Shown piece after piece: positions 20,572 through 30,821 of a stretch of 64,000 nt of DNA. The position numbers and the translations under genes are program-made. The notes under the pieces were generated by a model. The model worked only from the letters and a program-made list of their open reading frames with translations, did not search any database and had not been told where the DNA came from. The stretch is from contig JACQXK010000009.1 in assembly GCA_016208765.1 (NCBI GenBank), positions 20,819-84,818 on the forward strand. Direction: 5' to 3'. Source of the stretch: Candidatus Omnitrophota bacterium (GTDB lineage: Bacteria > Omnitrophota > Gorgyraeia > Gygaellales > Profunditerraquicolaceae). How positions within the stretch are numbered: position 1 is the first letter of the stretch; the number at the start of each line of letters is the position of its first letter.

Positions 20572-21369
20572 GTGTTTCAGGTAAAGGCAAAAATAATTCA
20601 AAACAAACAGGTTAAAAAGAATTTCTTTCATTTGTTGGTGGATGCCCCGGAGATTGCCGGTAAAGCATTGCCCGGGCAATTTTTAAATATCAAGGTTAGC
20701 GATAATTTAGAGCCTTTGCTGCGCAGGCCGCTCGGAGTGCATCGTGTCAGTAAAAATAACATAGCAATGCTTTATGAAGTTGTCGGAAATGGAACGCAGA
20801 TTTTATCGCAAAGAAAAGCCGGGGAATATTTGGATATTATCGGCCCCTTGGGGAATGGTTTTGATTATCAGTCACCTGTCACCTGTCACCTGTCACCTGT
20901 GTTAGTTGCTGGTGGTATGGGGGTGGCTCCGTTATTATTTCTTGCGGATTTTTTAGCCCACAGTAAAAGTTTTAAAAGCTTAGTTTTTATCGGAGCCAAA
21001 ACAAAAAGCCAGTTGACTTGCGTGCAGGAATTTAGAGAATTAGGTTGCAAAGTAAAGATTGCCACCGACGACGGTTCAATGGGGTTTAAGGGCAGAGTTT
21101 CAGATCTTTTAACACATTTTCTACAGGCGACAGGAGACAGAAGACAGGCGACAATATTTAGCTGCGGCCCGCGGCCTATGCTTAAGGCAGTATCAGAAAT
21201 TTCCAGGAAGTTTAAGATTCCTGCGCAGATCTCTCTTGAAGAGCATATGAGTTGCGGCATAGGGGCTTGTATGGGGTGCGTGGTTCAAACCACAAGCGGC
21301 TACAAGAGAATTTGTAAAGAGGGCCCGGTTTTTCACGCAGATGAAATTGTCTGGGAGAGGGAGAAATGA
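20572..21369 (+). CDS. pyrK: Dihydroorotate dehydrogenase electron transfer subunit
   Basis: PGQF, LRRP, GPLGNGF, GGMGVAP, CGPRPM, MSCGIGACMGC, CKEGPVF. Confidence 0.93.
   Translation: MFQVKAKIIQNKQVKKNFFHLLVDAPEIAGKALPGQFLNIKVSDNLEPLLRRPLGVHRVSKNNIAMLYEVVGNGTQILSQRKAGEYLDIIGPLGNGFDYQSPVTCHLSPVLVAGGMGVAPLLFLADFLAHSKSFKSLVFIGAKTKSQLTCVQEFRELGCKVKIATDDGSMGFKGRVSDLLTHFLQATGDRRQATIFSCGPRPMLKAVSEISRKFKIPAQISLEEHMSCGIGACMGCVVQTTSGYKRICKEGPVFHADEIVWEREK
20870..20897 (+). repeat. In-frame heptamer array [AT]GTCACC x4 within pyrK
   Basis: agtcacc tgtcacc tgtcacc tgtcacc encoding QSPVTCHLSPV. Confidence 0.9.
21126..21153 (+). repeat. In-frame heptamer array GGCGACA-like x4 within pyrK (opposite orientation)
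   Basis: ggcgaca ggagaca gaagaca ggcgaca encoding QATGDRRQAT. Confidence 0.88.
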
Positions 21370-21725
21370 ACCAGTTGTTGTATATTGTTTTAGGAGTAGT
21401 TGCAGGGATATTTGGGGGGATGTTTGGTGTTGGAGGTGCAACAATTTTAGTGCCAGCTCTAATATATTTGTTCGGCCTTACGCAACATCAGGCTCAGGGG
21501 ACGACCCTTGCGATTATGATCCCGCCGATTGGTTTATTGGCTGCAATGAGATATTATTATAGCGGAAACGTTAAGTTGGGCATGGCAGGATTTATCTGCA
21601 TAGGTTTTCTTATTGGAGGATTATTTGGAGCGCACCTTGCCCATTTTATCCCTGATCAAGCGTTAAAGAAAATATTTGGGATATTTTTATTGGTTGTAGC
21701 AATAAGAATGATTTTTTGGAAATAA
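21366..21725 (+). CDS. Half-size TSUP (TauE/SafE) family membrane protein
   Basis: GMFGVGGATILVP, AQGTTLA; about 4 TM helices, 119 aa. Confidence 0.8.
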   Translation: MNQLLYIVLGVVAGIFGGMFGVGGATILVPALIYLFGLTQHQAQGTTLAIMIPPIGLLAAMRYYYSGNVKLGMAGFICIGFLIGGLFGAHLAHFIPDQALKKIFGIFLLVVAIRMIFWK

Positions 21726-21726
21726 A

Positions 21727-22719
21727 ATGATAACTAATTTAACTGTAAATATTGGGAAGTTAAAATTAGAAAACCCTGTTATGGTTTGCTCCGGTACCTT
21801 TGGGTATGCCGGGGAGTTTAAGGATTTCTTGCCGCTTAAGAAGTTAGGGGCGATAGTAACCAAGACAATTACTTTAAATCCGCGGCAGGGGAATTTTCCT
21901 CCACGCACCTGTGAAACTCCGGCAGGAATGTTGAATTCTATTGGTTTGGAGAACCCGGGGTTGGCAGGATTTCTTAATGAAAAGCTTCCAATTTTAAAGA
22001 AAATCGGGGTTCCTGTAATTGTAAGTGTTGCTTCAGAAGGCGGCATAGCTGAATTTGTTAAGGCCGTTTCTGAATTAAACGATTTTAAAGAAGTCGCAGC
22101 TATTGAATTAAATATATCCTGTCCGAATATAGAGTCGCCAGTCACCAGTCACCTGTCGCCAGTCACCGGTCGCCAGTCACCTGTCGCCTGTCGCCGGTTA
22201 CCTGTGTTTAAGAACCGGCGGTTGATCTCCCAAGATCCACAGGCAACCTATCAACTGGTAAAACAAGTGCGCAAGGCAACGAAGAAAACTTTGATCACCA
22301 AATTATCACCTAACGTAACTGATATTTCTGAAATTGCCCTTGCCGCCGAAAATGCAGGAAGTGATGCAGTCAGCTTGATCAATACGCTAATGGGCATGAG
22401 CATTGATACAAAAACCATGAAGCCAAAAGTTGCGGCTGTTATTGCAGGATTAAGCGGGCCGGCAATCAGGCCGGTTGCTGTAAGAATGGTCTGGGAAGTC
22501 TACCAGAAAATTAAACTTCCCATAATAGGCATGGGTGGTATAATTGATACTTCCAGCGCCTTGGAATTTTTTCTGGCAGGCTCTACTGCTATTGGTGTCG
22601 GGACAGCAAATTTTATTGATCCTGCAGCTACAATCAGCATATTGCAGGGCATTAAATCTTATTTACGCAAAAACAGAATAAATAATATCGCTAAATTAAT
22701 CGGGGGATTGAAGGTATGA
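21727..22719 (+). CDS. pyrD: Dihydroorotate dehydrogenase type 1B catalytic subunit
   Basis: SGTFG, NSIGLENPG, ELNISCPN, KLSPN, LINT, GLSGPAIRP. Confidence 0.96.
   Translation: MITNLTVNIGKLKLENPVMVCSGTFGYAGEFKDFLPLKKLGAIVTKTITLNPRQGNFPPRTCETPAGMLNSIGLENPGLAGFLNEKLPILKKIGVPVIVSVASEGGIAEFVKAVSELNDFKEVAAIELNISCPNIESPVTSHLSPVTGRQSPVACRRLPVFKNRRLISQDPQATYQLVKQVRKATKKTLITKLSPNVTDISEIALAAENAGSDAVSLINTLMGMSIDTKTMKPKVAAVIAGLSGPAIRPVAVRMVWEVYQKIKLPIIGMGGIIDTSSALEFFLAGSTAIGVGTANFIDPAATISILQGIKSYLRKNRINNIAKLIGGLKV
22133..22202 (+). repeat. In-frame heptamer array DGTCRCC x10 within pyrD
   Basis: agtcgcc agtcacc agtcacc tgtcgcc agtcacc ggtcgcc agtcacc tgtcgcc tgtcgcc ggttacc. Confidence 0.95.
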
Positions 22720-23381
22720 GCAGTGCCTCGCAAATCATCCTTGCTTTGGATGTGGATAACTTACAGGCAGCAAAGAATTTTGTGGATAAGCTGTATCCGC
22801 AAATAAAGATTTTTAAAATCGGTATCCAGCTTTTTACTTCCTGTGGCAGGGAGATTGTTGACTACATTAATAATAAAGGCGCAGAAGTTTTCCTGGACCT
22901 GAAATTTTTTGATATTCCTAATACCGTTGCCGGAGCTGTGCGAGAGGCAGTGCGCCTTAAGGTAAAAATGCTTACTATGCATATCTTGGGCGACGAGGAA
23001 ATGCTTAAGGCGGCAGTTAGCGCCAGAAACGATGAAGCTGGAACTTTAAAAATAAATAAACCGCTTTTAATAGGGGTTACTGTTTTAACCAGTAAAGACA
23101 CGGCTTCAAGTGACGTATTGACATTGGCTAAAATCGGCATTGAGTGCGGGCTTGATGGAGTGGTTTGTTCTGCCCGGGAGGCAGGATTGCTGCGCAAGGA
23201 AATCAAAAAAAGCTTTGTAATTGTTACTCCGGGGATAAGGCAGGCGAATACCGCTTCAGACGACCAGAAAAGAACCACGACAGTCCAGGAAGCGATTGCT
23301 TCCGGAAGCGACTTTCTTGTTGTGGGCCGCCCAATATTAAAAGCAGACGACCCGTTAAGAGCTGCAAAAGAGTTGGTGTAA
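22716..23381 (+). CDS. pyrF: Orotidine-5'-phosphate decarboxylase
   Basis: LALD, FLDLKFFDIPNTV, VTPGIR, DQKR, VGRPI. Confidence 0.96.
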   Translation: MSSASQIILALDVDNLQAAKNFVDKLYPQIKIFKIGIQLFTSCGREIVDYINNKGAEVFLDLKFFDIPNTVAGAVREAVRLKVKMLTMHILGDEEMLKAAVSARNDEAGTLKINKPLLIGVTVLTSKDTASSDVLTLAKIGIECGLDGVVCSAREAGLLRKEIKKSFVIVTPGIRQANTASDDQKRTTTVQEAIASGSDFLVVGRPILKADDPLRAAKELV

Positions 23382-23392
23382 GGAGAAAACTT

Positions 23393-23992
23393 ATGTCAGA
23401 AGACTTAGAAAGTTTGATTGAAAAAATAAATCAGGAAGGCGTTAAGGCGGCAGAAGCAAAAGCAAGGTTGATTGAGCAGGAAGCGAATAAACGCGCAGAA
23501 GAAATTATCCATCAGGCACAAAATTTGAGCCGCGATAAGTTGTCTGAAGCAAAAGAGCAAATTGCCAAAATGGAGGAAAAGACAAAAACACTCCTTGTCC
23601 AAGCGGGAAGGGATTTGCTGCTTGTTTTAAGGAAAGAAATAAATTCCCTGCTTCTGAAGATTGTTTCACAGGATCTGCGCCAAGCGTTGAGCCCGCAGGA
23701 ATTAATTAAAATCCTCGCTTCTATAATTGAACAAACCATAGTAAATAAGGAAGGCCTGGTTACTATTTCTTTAAACAAGGATCAGTTTAAGGACATTGAG
23801 GCTGGTTTATTTGCCGTGCTTAAAGAAGAAGTAAAGAAGCAAGTGATTTTACGCTCACAGGACGACCTTCATTCCGGGTTTGTGATCAGTTTTGATTCCG
23901 GAAAGTCGCAATTTGATTTTAGCGACAAGGCTTTGGCAAGTTATATCGGAGAATTTTTAAAGCCAAAACTAAAAGATATCCTTGATGCCTGA
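23393..23992 (+). CDS. V/A-type ATPase subunit E
   Basis: AGGAG RBS then ATG 23393; LIEKINQEGV coiled coil; first gene of V-type operon. Confidence 0.85.
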   Translation: MSEDLESLIEKINQEGVKAAEAKARLIEQEANKRAEEIIHQAQNLSRDKLSEAKEQIAKMEEKTKTLLVQAGRDLLLVLRKEINSLLLKIVSQDLRQALSPQELIKILASIIEQTIVNKEGLVTISLNKDQFKDIEAGLFAVLKEEVKKQVILRSQDDLHSGFVISFDSGKSQFDFSDKALASYIGEFLKPKLKDILDA

Positions 23993-24510
23993 TGGAATAC
24001 GTTTATTTTATTTCCAGCCTGCCAATGCTGCAGTTTGATGCAAAGCCGCCATTTTCTTTTGAAAATTTCTTGATAAAAGCAGCAGGGTTTGTTTCCGCTA
24101 AAGAGCTTGAAATTTTACGCGGGCTTTGTGATGAAAATATTTCTTCTGTGAAGCTTTCGTTAATTGAGCGCTGGCAGAGTTTTGATACATCGTTAAGGAA
24201 TGAACTGGTAAAATTAAGGGCGGCAAGAAAAAAAGTTGACCCGCATAAATATCTGCGACCCGACGGTGTTATTAGCAGTGTTTTGGCGCATGTAGTCTCC
24301 AGCGCCCAAAGAAGCCATTCCCCTTTAGAAGGAGAGAAAATTTTAGACAGGGAAAAGTGGAATTTTTTGGATGAATTAAGTTTTGGGCATTATTTTGATT
24401 TTGAGGTTTTGGTTATTTACGGGTACAGGCTTTTGATTTTGGAACGCTGGGAAAAGATCAGGCAACAGGATGCAGGAAAAAATATAGAAGGCTTATTAAT
24501 AAGTAATTAA
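23992..24510 (+). CDS. DUF2764-like V-type ATPase associated subunit (C-like)
   Basis: YFISSLP, LRNELVKLRA, L.ERW; position between E and A. Confidence 0.75.
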   Translation: MEYVYFISSLPMLQFDAKPPFSFENFLIKAAGFVSAKELEILRGLCDENISSVKLSLIERWQSFDTSLRNELVKLRAARKKVDPHKYLRPDGVISSVLAHVVSSAQRSHSPLEGEKILDREKWNFLDELSFGHYFDFEVLVIYGYRLLILERWEKIRQQDAGKNIEGLLISN

Positions 24511-24521
24511 GCGGGGTTGTT

Positions 24522-26276
24522 ATGAGCGAAAAAAGATTTGGTTTTGTTACAAGAATTAACAGCAATATAGTAGCCGTTAGTTTTGACAGTTTTGTTGTTC
24601 AAAATGAAGTAGCGTATATTTCAACCGGAAGCCAGCGTTTGAAAGCAGAAGTGATCCGCGTGCGCGGTAAGAGCGCTGAGATGCAAGTGTATGAAAACAC
24701 ATCAGGCTTAAAAGTTGGTGACAAGGTTGAATTTACAGAAGAATTACTGTCTGTAGAACTTGGGCCGGGCCTTTTGGGCCAGATTTTTGACGGCCTGCAG
24801 AATCCCTTGCCTCAGTTAGCCAAGGAGTGCGGATTTTTTCTTAAAAGAGGAGTTTATCTTAAGGCCTTGCCGGACGAATCTGTCTGGGAATTTTTTCCGC
24901 TTGTTAAACCCGGGGATAAAATCAGGGCAGGTGAAAGGCTTGGTTTTGTCCACGAGAAGATCTTTAAACATTATATTTTTGCGCCTTTTAATTTAAGCGG
25001 ATCCTGGGAAGTCGTAAATATTTCTCCAAAAGGTAATTATAATTTGAAACAACCCGTCGCACGTCTTAAAAATAGCGACGCAGAAGAGATAGACGCTTTC
25101 TTGTGCCAGAATTGGCCGGTAAAGATACCCATACAGGCATATTCGGAAAAAATAAAACCAAAAGAACCATTGGTTACAAAAATGCGCCTGATAGATTCTT
25201 TGTTTCCGGTTGCCCGAGGAGGGACTTATTGCATACCCGGGCCGTTTGGCGCAGGAAAAACAGTTTTACAGCAGTTAACCAGCCGGCATGCCGAAGTGGA
25301 TGTGGTGATCATTGCTGCCTGCGGGGAACGCGCCGGAGAAGTTGTTGAAACTTTAAGGACTTTTCCTGAATTAATGGATCCGCGTTCAAATAAACCTTTG
25401 ATTGACCGTACAATTATTATTTGTAATACAAGTTCAATGCCGGTTGCAGCAAGAGAGTCCAGCGTTTATACGGCAGTGACCCTGGCAGAATATTATCGCC
25501 AGATGGGTTTGCACGTTTTATTATTGGCAGATTCCACCTCCCGTTGGGCGCAGGCAATGCGCGAGATGTCCGGAAGATTAGAGGAGATCCCCGGAGAAGA
25601 AGCGTTTCCTGCATATCTTGAGTCGCGCATAGCTGCATTTTACGAGCGCGCCGGGTTAGTGAGGCTTTATGATAATAGCATAGGGTCGGTAACTATCGGC
25701 GGCGCAGTGAGCCCTGCCGGAGGAAATTTTGAAGAGCCTGTAACACAGGCAACGCTTAAAGTTGTGGGGGCGTTCCATGGCCTCTCGCGCGAGCGTTCTG
25801 ATGCGCGCAGGTATCCGGCCATTGACCCGTTAATCAGCTGGAGCAAATATAAAAGTTTTGTTGAAGAAAAGATCATGCGTAAAGGCCATGAGATTTTACA
25901 TAAGAGTAACGGGATCCTGCAGATGATGAAAGTTATCGGTGAAGAAGGCATTTCTTTGCTTGATTATGTTGAATATTTAAAGGGAGAGTTTTTTGATTTT
26001 GTGTATCTGCAGCAGAATGCATTTGATTTAGTTGATGAATCTACTCCTGCCGAGCGCCAGCAGTATGTGTTTGGTTTTATCCATGCAATCCTTGATTCGG
26101 ATTTTTCTTTTAAGGATAAGCCGGATGCCCTGCATTTCTTTCAGCAGTTACGCCAGTTGTTCCGCGGCTGGAATTCAACTGCCTGGCAGTCAGAAGAATT
26201 TTATAAAACCGAGGCAGAAATCAATACCGCCTTAAAAGAAAAACAAATTAAGCAAAAGGAAAAAACGCATGCATAA
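24522..26276 (+). CDS. ntpA: V/A-type ATPase subunit A
   Basis: [35 protein letters not shown]. Confidence 0.96.
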   Translation: MSEKRFGFVTRINSNIVAVSFDSFVVQNEVAYISTGSQRLKAEVIRVRGKSAEMQVYENTSGLKVGDKVEFTEELLSVELGPGLLGQIFDGLQNPLPQLAKECGFFLKRGVYLKALPDESVWEFFPLVKPGDKIRAGERLGFVHEKIFKHYIFAPFNLSGSWEVVNISPKGNYNLKQPVARLKNSDAEEIDAFLCQNWPVKIPIQAYSEKIKPKEPLVTKMRLIDSLFPVARGGTYCIPGPFGAGKTVLQQLTSRHAEVDVVIIAACGERAGEVVETLRTFPELMDPRSNKPLIDRTIIICNTSSMPVAARESSVYTAVTLAEYYRQMGLHVLLLADSTSRWAQAMREMSGRLEEIPGEEAFPAYLESRIAAFYERAGLVRLYDNSIGSVTIGGAVSPAGGNFEEPVTQATLKVVGAFHGLSRERSDARRYPAIDPLISWSKYKSFVEEKIMRKGHEILHKSNGILQMMKVIGEEGISLLDYVEYLKGEFFDFVYLQQNAFDLVDESTPAERQQYVFGFIHAILDSDFSFKDKPDALHFFQQLRQLFRGWNSTAWQSEEFYKTEAEINTALKEKQIKQKEKTHA

Positions 26277-27570
26277 AGTCTACACGAGCATTATTCAAAT
26301 TGCCGGAGATGTGATTACCGTAGAAGCAGATGGAATAGGCTATTTGGAGATTGCCGAGATTTCTTCCCGCAGGGGTAAATCATTGGCGCAGGTAATCCGT
26401 ATTGACGAGAAAAAGGTTTCCCTGCAGGTATTTGCCGGCAGTAAAGGTGTTTCAACCGGGGACAAGGTAAGGTTTCTTGGGCATGCCATGCGTGTTTCAA
26501 GCGGAGAAAACTTGCTTGGCCGCATTTTTAATGGAAGCGGAGTTCCTTTGGATCGCGGCCCTGAATTAACCCAAGACATGATTGAGATTGCAGGCCCGCC
26601 GGTGAATCCTGCAAAAAGAATTATCCCGCATAAAATGATCCGTACCGGTATCCCGATGATTGATGTTTTTAATTCTCTGGTGGAGTCGCAGAAGCTGCCT
26701 ATTTTTTCTATTGCCGGCGAGCCGTATAATGAGCTGATGGCCAGGATCGCTATTCAGGCAGAAGTGGATATTATTATTTTAGGAGGCATGGGGCTAAAAT
26801 ATGACGACTACCTGTTTTTTAGGGATACGCTTGAGGAGCAGGGGGCGCTTTCGCGTTCAATCCTGTTTATTCATACTGCAAGCGATCCGGTAGTGGAATG
26901 TTTGTTGGTGCCGGATATCAGCTTGGCAGTGGCCGAGCAATTCGCCTTACAAGGAAAAAGAGTCTTGGTCTTGTTGACTGATATGACCAATTTTTGCGAC
27001 GCGTTAAAAGAAATTTCTATTACGATGGAGCAAGTGCCTTCAAACCGCGGTTATCCCGGTGATCTTTACAGTCAACTTGCTGCTCGGTATGAAAAAGCTG
27101 TTGATTTTGAGGGTGCAGGTTCAATTACTATTTTAGCCGCCACCACCATGCCCGGGGATGATGTTACCCATCCTGTGCCGGACAATACCGGTTATATTAC
27201 CGAGGGGCAGTTTTATTTAAAAAATGGAGTAATTGAACCGTTTGGTTCCCTGAGCCGTTTAAAACAGCAGGTGAACGGAAAAACACGCGATGACCACCGC
27301 ACGATTATGGATACTATGATCCAGCTTTTTGCCAGTTATCGGCAGTCAGTAGAAAAACAGGCAATGGGTTTTCAGATGAGCGAATGGGATAAAAAGCTTT
27401 TGCGTTACGGTGTGTTGTTTGAAGAAAAAATCATGTCTTTAAAAGTAAATATTGCGCTTGAAAAGGCCCTGGATTTAGGCTGGCAGATCTTGGCAGAGTG
27501 TTTTAGCCCTGAAGAAACCGGCATAAAAAAATCTATGATAGAAAAATACTGGCCGCAAAACCGGCAGTAA
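26269..27570 (+). CDS. ntpB: V/A-type ATPase subunit B
   Basis: [37 protein letters not shown]. Confidence 0.96.
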   Translation: MHKVYTSIIQIAGDVITVEADGIGYLEIAEISSRRGKSLAQVIRIDEKKVSLQVFAGSKGVSTGDKVRFLGHAMRVSSGENLLGRIFNGSGVPLDRGPELTQDMIEIAGPPVNPAKRIIPHKMIRTGIPMIDVFNSLVESQKLPIFSIAGEPYNELMARIAIQAEVDIIILGGMGLKYDDYLFFRDTLEEQGALSRSILFIHTASDPVVECLLVPDISLAVAEQFALQGKRVLVLLTDMTNFCDALKEISITMEQVPSNRGYPGDLYSQLAARYEKAVDFEGAGSITILAATTMPGDDVTHPVPDNTGYITEGQFYLKNGVIEPFGSLSRLKQQVNGKTRDDHRTIMDTMIQLFASYRQSVEKQAMGFQMSEWDKKLLRYGVLFEEKIMSLKVNIALEKALDLGWQILAECFSPEETGIKKSMIEKYWPQNRQ

Positions 27571-27576
27571 TTTTGT

Positions 27577-28191
27577 ATGGCAAAAATCAAATTAACTAAG
27601 GGAGAATTAAAGCGCCAGCGTGATGCCTTGGCGCAATACCAGAGGTATCTTCCCACATTGCAATTAAAAAAACAGCAGCTGCAGTTGGAGATTCTACAGC
27701 AGGATAATTTGCTTATTGACAGAGAAAGCTCGTTAGCCAAGAAAAAAGAACAAGCCAAAGTTTGGGCAGGGCTTTTATCAGGCCCTGTGGATGTGAGGCC
27801 ATGGATTAAGCCGGCGCGCATTATATCCGGAACAAAAAATGTAGCCGGAGTTGATATGGCTATTTTTGAAAGAGTTGAGTTTGCCGCAGCAGAATGTGAT
27901 TTGTTTATTACTCCTTTGTGGGTTGATTTTGCGATTGAAGCTCTGCATAGTTTAGTGAGTTTAAAAAACGAGATCATGCTTATAAAAGAAGGGATAGCTG
28001 TTTTAAAACACGAGTTGCGCATTACAACCCAAAGGGTCAATCTTTTTGAAAAAGTAAAAATCCCTGAAACCGAAGAAGCAATTCGTTTAATCAAGGTTTA
28101 TATCGGTGACCAGATGGCAAATGCCGTCGGAAGAAGTAAGATTGCCAAAAGAAAAATAGAAGAAGCTGTTTTTGCAGGAGCCCTAGCATGA
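27577..28191 (+). CDS. ntpD: V/A-type ATPase subunit D
   Basis: LPTLQLKK, TTQRVNLFEKVKIP. Confidence 0.93.
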   Translation: MAKIKLTKGELKRQRDALAQYQRYLPTLQLKKQQLQLEILQQDNLLIDRESSLAKKKEQAKVWAGLLSGPVDVRPWIKPARIISGTKNVAGVDMAIFERVEFAAAECDLFITPLWVDFAIEALHSLVSLKNEIMLIKEGIAVLKHELRITTQRVNLFEKVKIPETEEAIRLIKVYIGDQMANAVGRSKIAKRKIEEAVFAGALA

Positions 28192-29963
28192 TTATAGCAA
28201 TGAAAAAAGTTGCAGTGATTATGCAGGCAAAAGATTCTGCGCAGGCGCTAAAGGCGCTGCGGTCTTTTGGAGCGGTGCATGTAGAAAATCAGCAACCGCC
28301 AAAAAGTGCTAATCTAAACAACCTGCTGGATGATTATGCGTTAGTCCAACAGGGGCTTGAAGTTTTTTCTGAGGAAGAATTTATTGAGCACTGTCATGGG
28401 GATTTAAGGCACAAAGAAACTCCTGATTGGAAATTAACCTGTCGCCATGCACTGGATCTCTGGAAGCGCATTGATCATCTGGAAGGCTACTCTTTTATTT
28501 TAAACCGAGATATCAAGGAATGGGAAAAGTGGGGAGATTTTGACCCGCAGATAGCAGGCCAGCTATTAAAAAAGAATATCTTCTGCAGTTTATATAAGAT
28601 CCCGTTGAAAGATTTGGCAGGTTTGTCAGGCGGCTATGTAATAAAAAAAATTTATCTTGAGGAAAATATTGCATACTGCGCAGTTATTTCGCGCACAAAA
28701 CCGGAGCTTAATTTTAAAGAGATTGAATTGCCGAAGATAAGCCTGTCTACAATGAAAGACAAGCTTGCTGAGAATAAATTGACAATAGACAGGCTAAGGC
28801 AGGAATTGCATCAGCAGCTTTGTTTTCGCGGCTCATTTGTGAGGGCCGAGGTTCAAATAGAAAAAGAAATTGAATTTGAAAATGCCTTAAGCGGTATGGC
28901 GCAGGAAACTGAACTGTCTTATTTGGTGGGCTTTGCTCCCCGGGAGTGCGAGACACAATTATTGGATTTGGCCAAAAAAGAAAAGTGGGGGATTTTGATC
29001 ACTGATCCGTCTGATGAAGATAATGTGCCGGTTGCAATTCGTAACCCGAAGTGGATTGCCTTAATTAGCCCGGTATTTAAGCTTTTAGAGATCCTTCCCG
29101 GATACCGTGAACTGGATATCAGTTTGTGGTTTTTGTTGTTTTTTGGGATTTTCTTCGGGATGCTGATCGGGGATGCTGGTTATGGTTTAACTTACTTTTT
29201 GCTTACTCTTTTTGTTCATGCTAAATTCGGGAAGAAAGTAAAAGATAAGTCGCCCTTTTTTCTCTTTTACCTTTTAAGTTTCTGCGCTATTATATGGGGG
29301 CTATTAACCGGTGTGTTTTTCGGGCAGGAGTGGCTGCAGAAGATTGGATGGAAGCCGCTTGTACCCGCCTTAAATGATGCAAGGATAATCCAGAGTTTTT
29401 GTTTCTTGCTCGGGGCGGTGCATCTTTCTATTGCTCATATCTGGAAAATAATTTTAAAGATCCCCTCTTTGTCGGCCTTGGCTGAATTGGGGTGGGTAGG
29501 TATTTTGTGGGGCGCTTTTTTTCTTGCACGTTTTCTAATACTTGGGTACGAATTTCCTTTCTTTGGAAAATGGCTAATTTTCGGCGGGATAAGCCTTGTC
29601 ATTCTTTTTACGCAGCCGCAGAAAAATATCCTTAAAGCAATCGGTTCCGGGTGCGGTACGCTTGCCTTGAATCTGATGAATAATTTTACCGACGTGGTTT
29701 CGTATGTGCGCCTTTTTGCCGTTGGTTTGGCCGGGGTTGCAATCGCGAATACTTTTAACAGTATGGCAGCAGGCATACGCGGCGAGAGCATCCTGGGGTT
29801 AATATTGGCAATAGTTGTTGTTTTGTCTGGGCATTTGTTAAACATTGTTTTGGGATTAATGTCGGTGCTGGTGCACGGTGTAAGGCTTAATGTCCTGGAA
29901 TTTTGTTCTCATGTGGGAATTAGCTGGAGCGGCACAGCCTACAAACCATTTAAGGAAAATTAA
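28188..29963 (+). CDS. ntpI: V/A-type ATPase subunit I
   Basis: FFGMLIGDAGYG, DVVSYVRLFAVG, VHGVRLNVLEF. Confidence 0.94.
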   Translation: MIIAMKKVAVIMQAKDSAQALKALRSFGAVHVENQQPPKSANLNNLLDDYALVQQGLEVFSEEEFIEHCHGDLRHKETPDWKLTCRHALDLWKRIDHLEGYSFILNRDIKEWEKWGDFDPQIAGQLLKKNIFCSLYKIPLKDLAGLSGGYVIKKIYLEENIAYCAVISRTKPELNFKEIELPKISLSTMKDKLAENKLTIDRLRQELHQQLCFRGSFVRAEVQIEKEIEFENALSGMAQETELSYLVGFAPRECETQLLDLAKKEKWGILITDPSDEDNVPVAIRNPKWIALISPVFKLLEILPGYRELDISLWFLLFFGIFFGMLIGDAGYGLTYFLLTLFVHAKFGKKVKDKSPFFLFYLLSFCAIIWGLLTGVFFGQEWLQKIGWKPLVPALNDARIIQSFCFLLGAVHLSIAHIWKIILKIPSLSALAELGWVGILWGAFFLARFLILGYEFPFFGKWLIFGGISLVILFTQPQKNILKAIGSGCGTLALNLMNNFTDVVSYVRLFAVGLAGVAIANTFNSMAAGIRGESILGLILAIVVVLSGHLLNIVLGLMSVLVHGVRLNVLEFCSHVGISWSGTAYKPFKEN

Positions 29964-29979
29964 TAACATAGGAGAGAAT

Positions 29980-30429
29980 ATGGAAACAGGAGTAATTACG
30001 CAGTTTAAAGATTTGGGCTTGATTATGGTGCTTGCGCTATCTGCTGTTGGTTCTGCGGCTGGGGCTGGTGTGGCAGGAATGGCTGCAATAGGCGCATGGA
30101 AGAAGAACTTTTCGCAAAACAAGGCTGCTTCTTTTATGTTAGTGGCTTTTGTAGGCGCTCCGCTAACTCAGACAGTTTATGGCATGATCATTATGAATAA
30201 AATGATTGAGCTTGCTAACAAAGGGCAGTACCTTTGGGGTATGGGCATCTTCGCAGGTCTTGCCATAGGCATGTCTGCGTATTGGCAGGGAAAATGCGCT
30301 GCCAGCGCTTGTGATGCCATGGGAGAAACAAATAAAGGTTTTGGTAATTATATTGTGGTTTTAGGGATCATAGAGACTGTTGCTTTGTTCGTGATGGCAT
30401 TTACATTAGGGCTATTGGGAAAGCTATAA
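29980..30429 (+). CDS. ntpK: V/A-type ATPase proteolipid subunit K
   Basis: AGGAG RBS, 4 TM helices, PLTQTVYG, WQGK, IIETVALF. Confidence 0.92.
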   Translation: METGVITQFKDLGLIMVLALSAVGSAAGAGVAGMAAIGAWKKNFSQNKAASFMLVAFVGAPLTQTVYGMIIMNKMIELANKGQYLWGMGIFAGLAIGMSAYWQGKCAASACDAMGETNKGFGNYIVVLGIIETVALFVMAFTLGLLGKL

Positions 30430-30436
30430 ATTATTC

Positions 30437-30513
30437 GGGCGATTAGCTCAGCTGGTTAGAGCATCTGCTTTACACGCAGAGGGTCAGGGGTTCAAGTCCT
30501 CTATCGCCCACCA
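30437..30513 (+). tRNA. tRNA-Val(TAC)
   Basis: Cloverleaf, tctgc-ttTACac-gcaga, encoded CCA. Confidence 0.96.
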
Positions 30514-30607
30514 GTTTTAGAAAAAGGGTTGATTTGTTTGATGTTCTCTGTATAATATGTAATCTCTGTTAATAAGCAGAGTTTATTTCCAGAGTTCTTT
30601 TAAATTT

Positions 30608-30683
30608 GGGGTCGTGGTGTAGCCTGGTCTAACACATCTCCCTGTCACGGAGAAGACCGCGGGTCCAAATCCCGTCGACCCCG
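30608..30683 (+). tRNA. tRNA-Asp(GTC)
   Basis: Cloverleaf, tctcc-ctGTCac-ggaga; T-loop TCCAAAT. Confidence 0.93.
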
Positions 30684-30821
30684 TTAAAATTTTTGTTAAA
30701 AAAATTTTAACGGGCACTAAAGCGAACGTTAAACAGCCCGGCAAGGGCTGTAGTGAGCGTAGTGCCTGAATAAAAGTTTTGCCTTATAGGCAGAGCACAG
30801 CGCCAATTTTATCATTAAGCT

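Noticed and set aside
23165-23392. N-terminal extension of V-ATPase subunit E in the ORF track
   Set aside because: Overlaps pyrF; AGGAG RBS supports ATG 23393.
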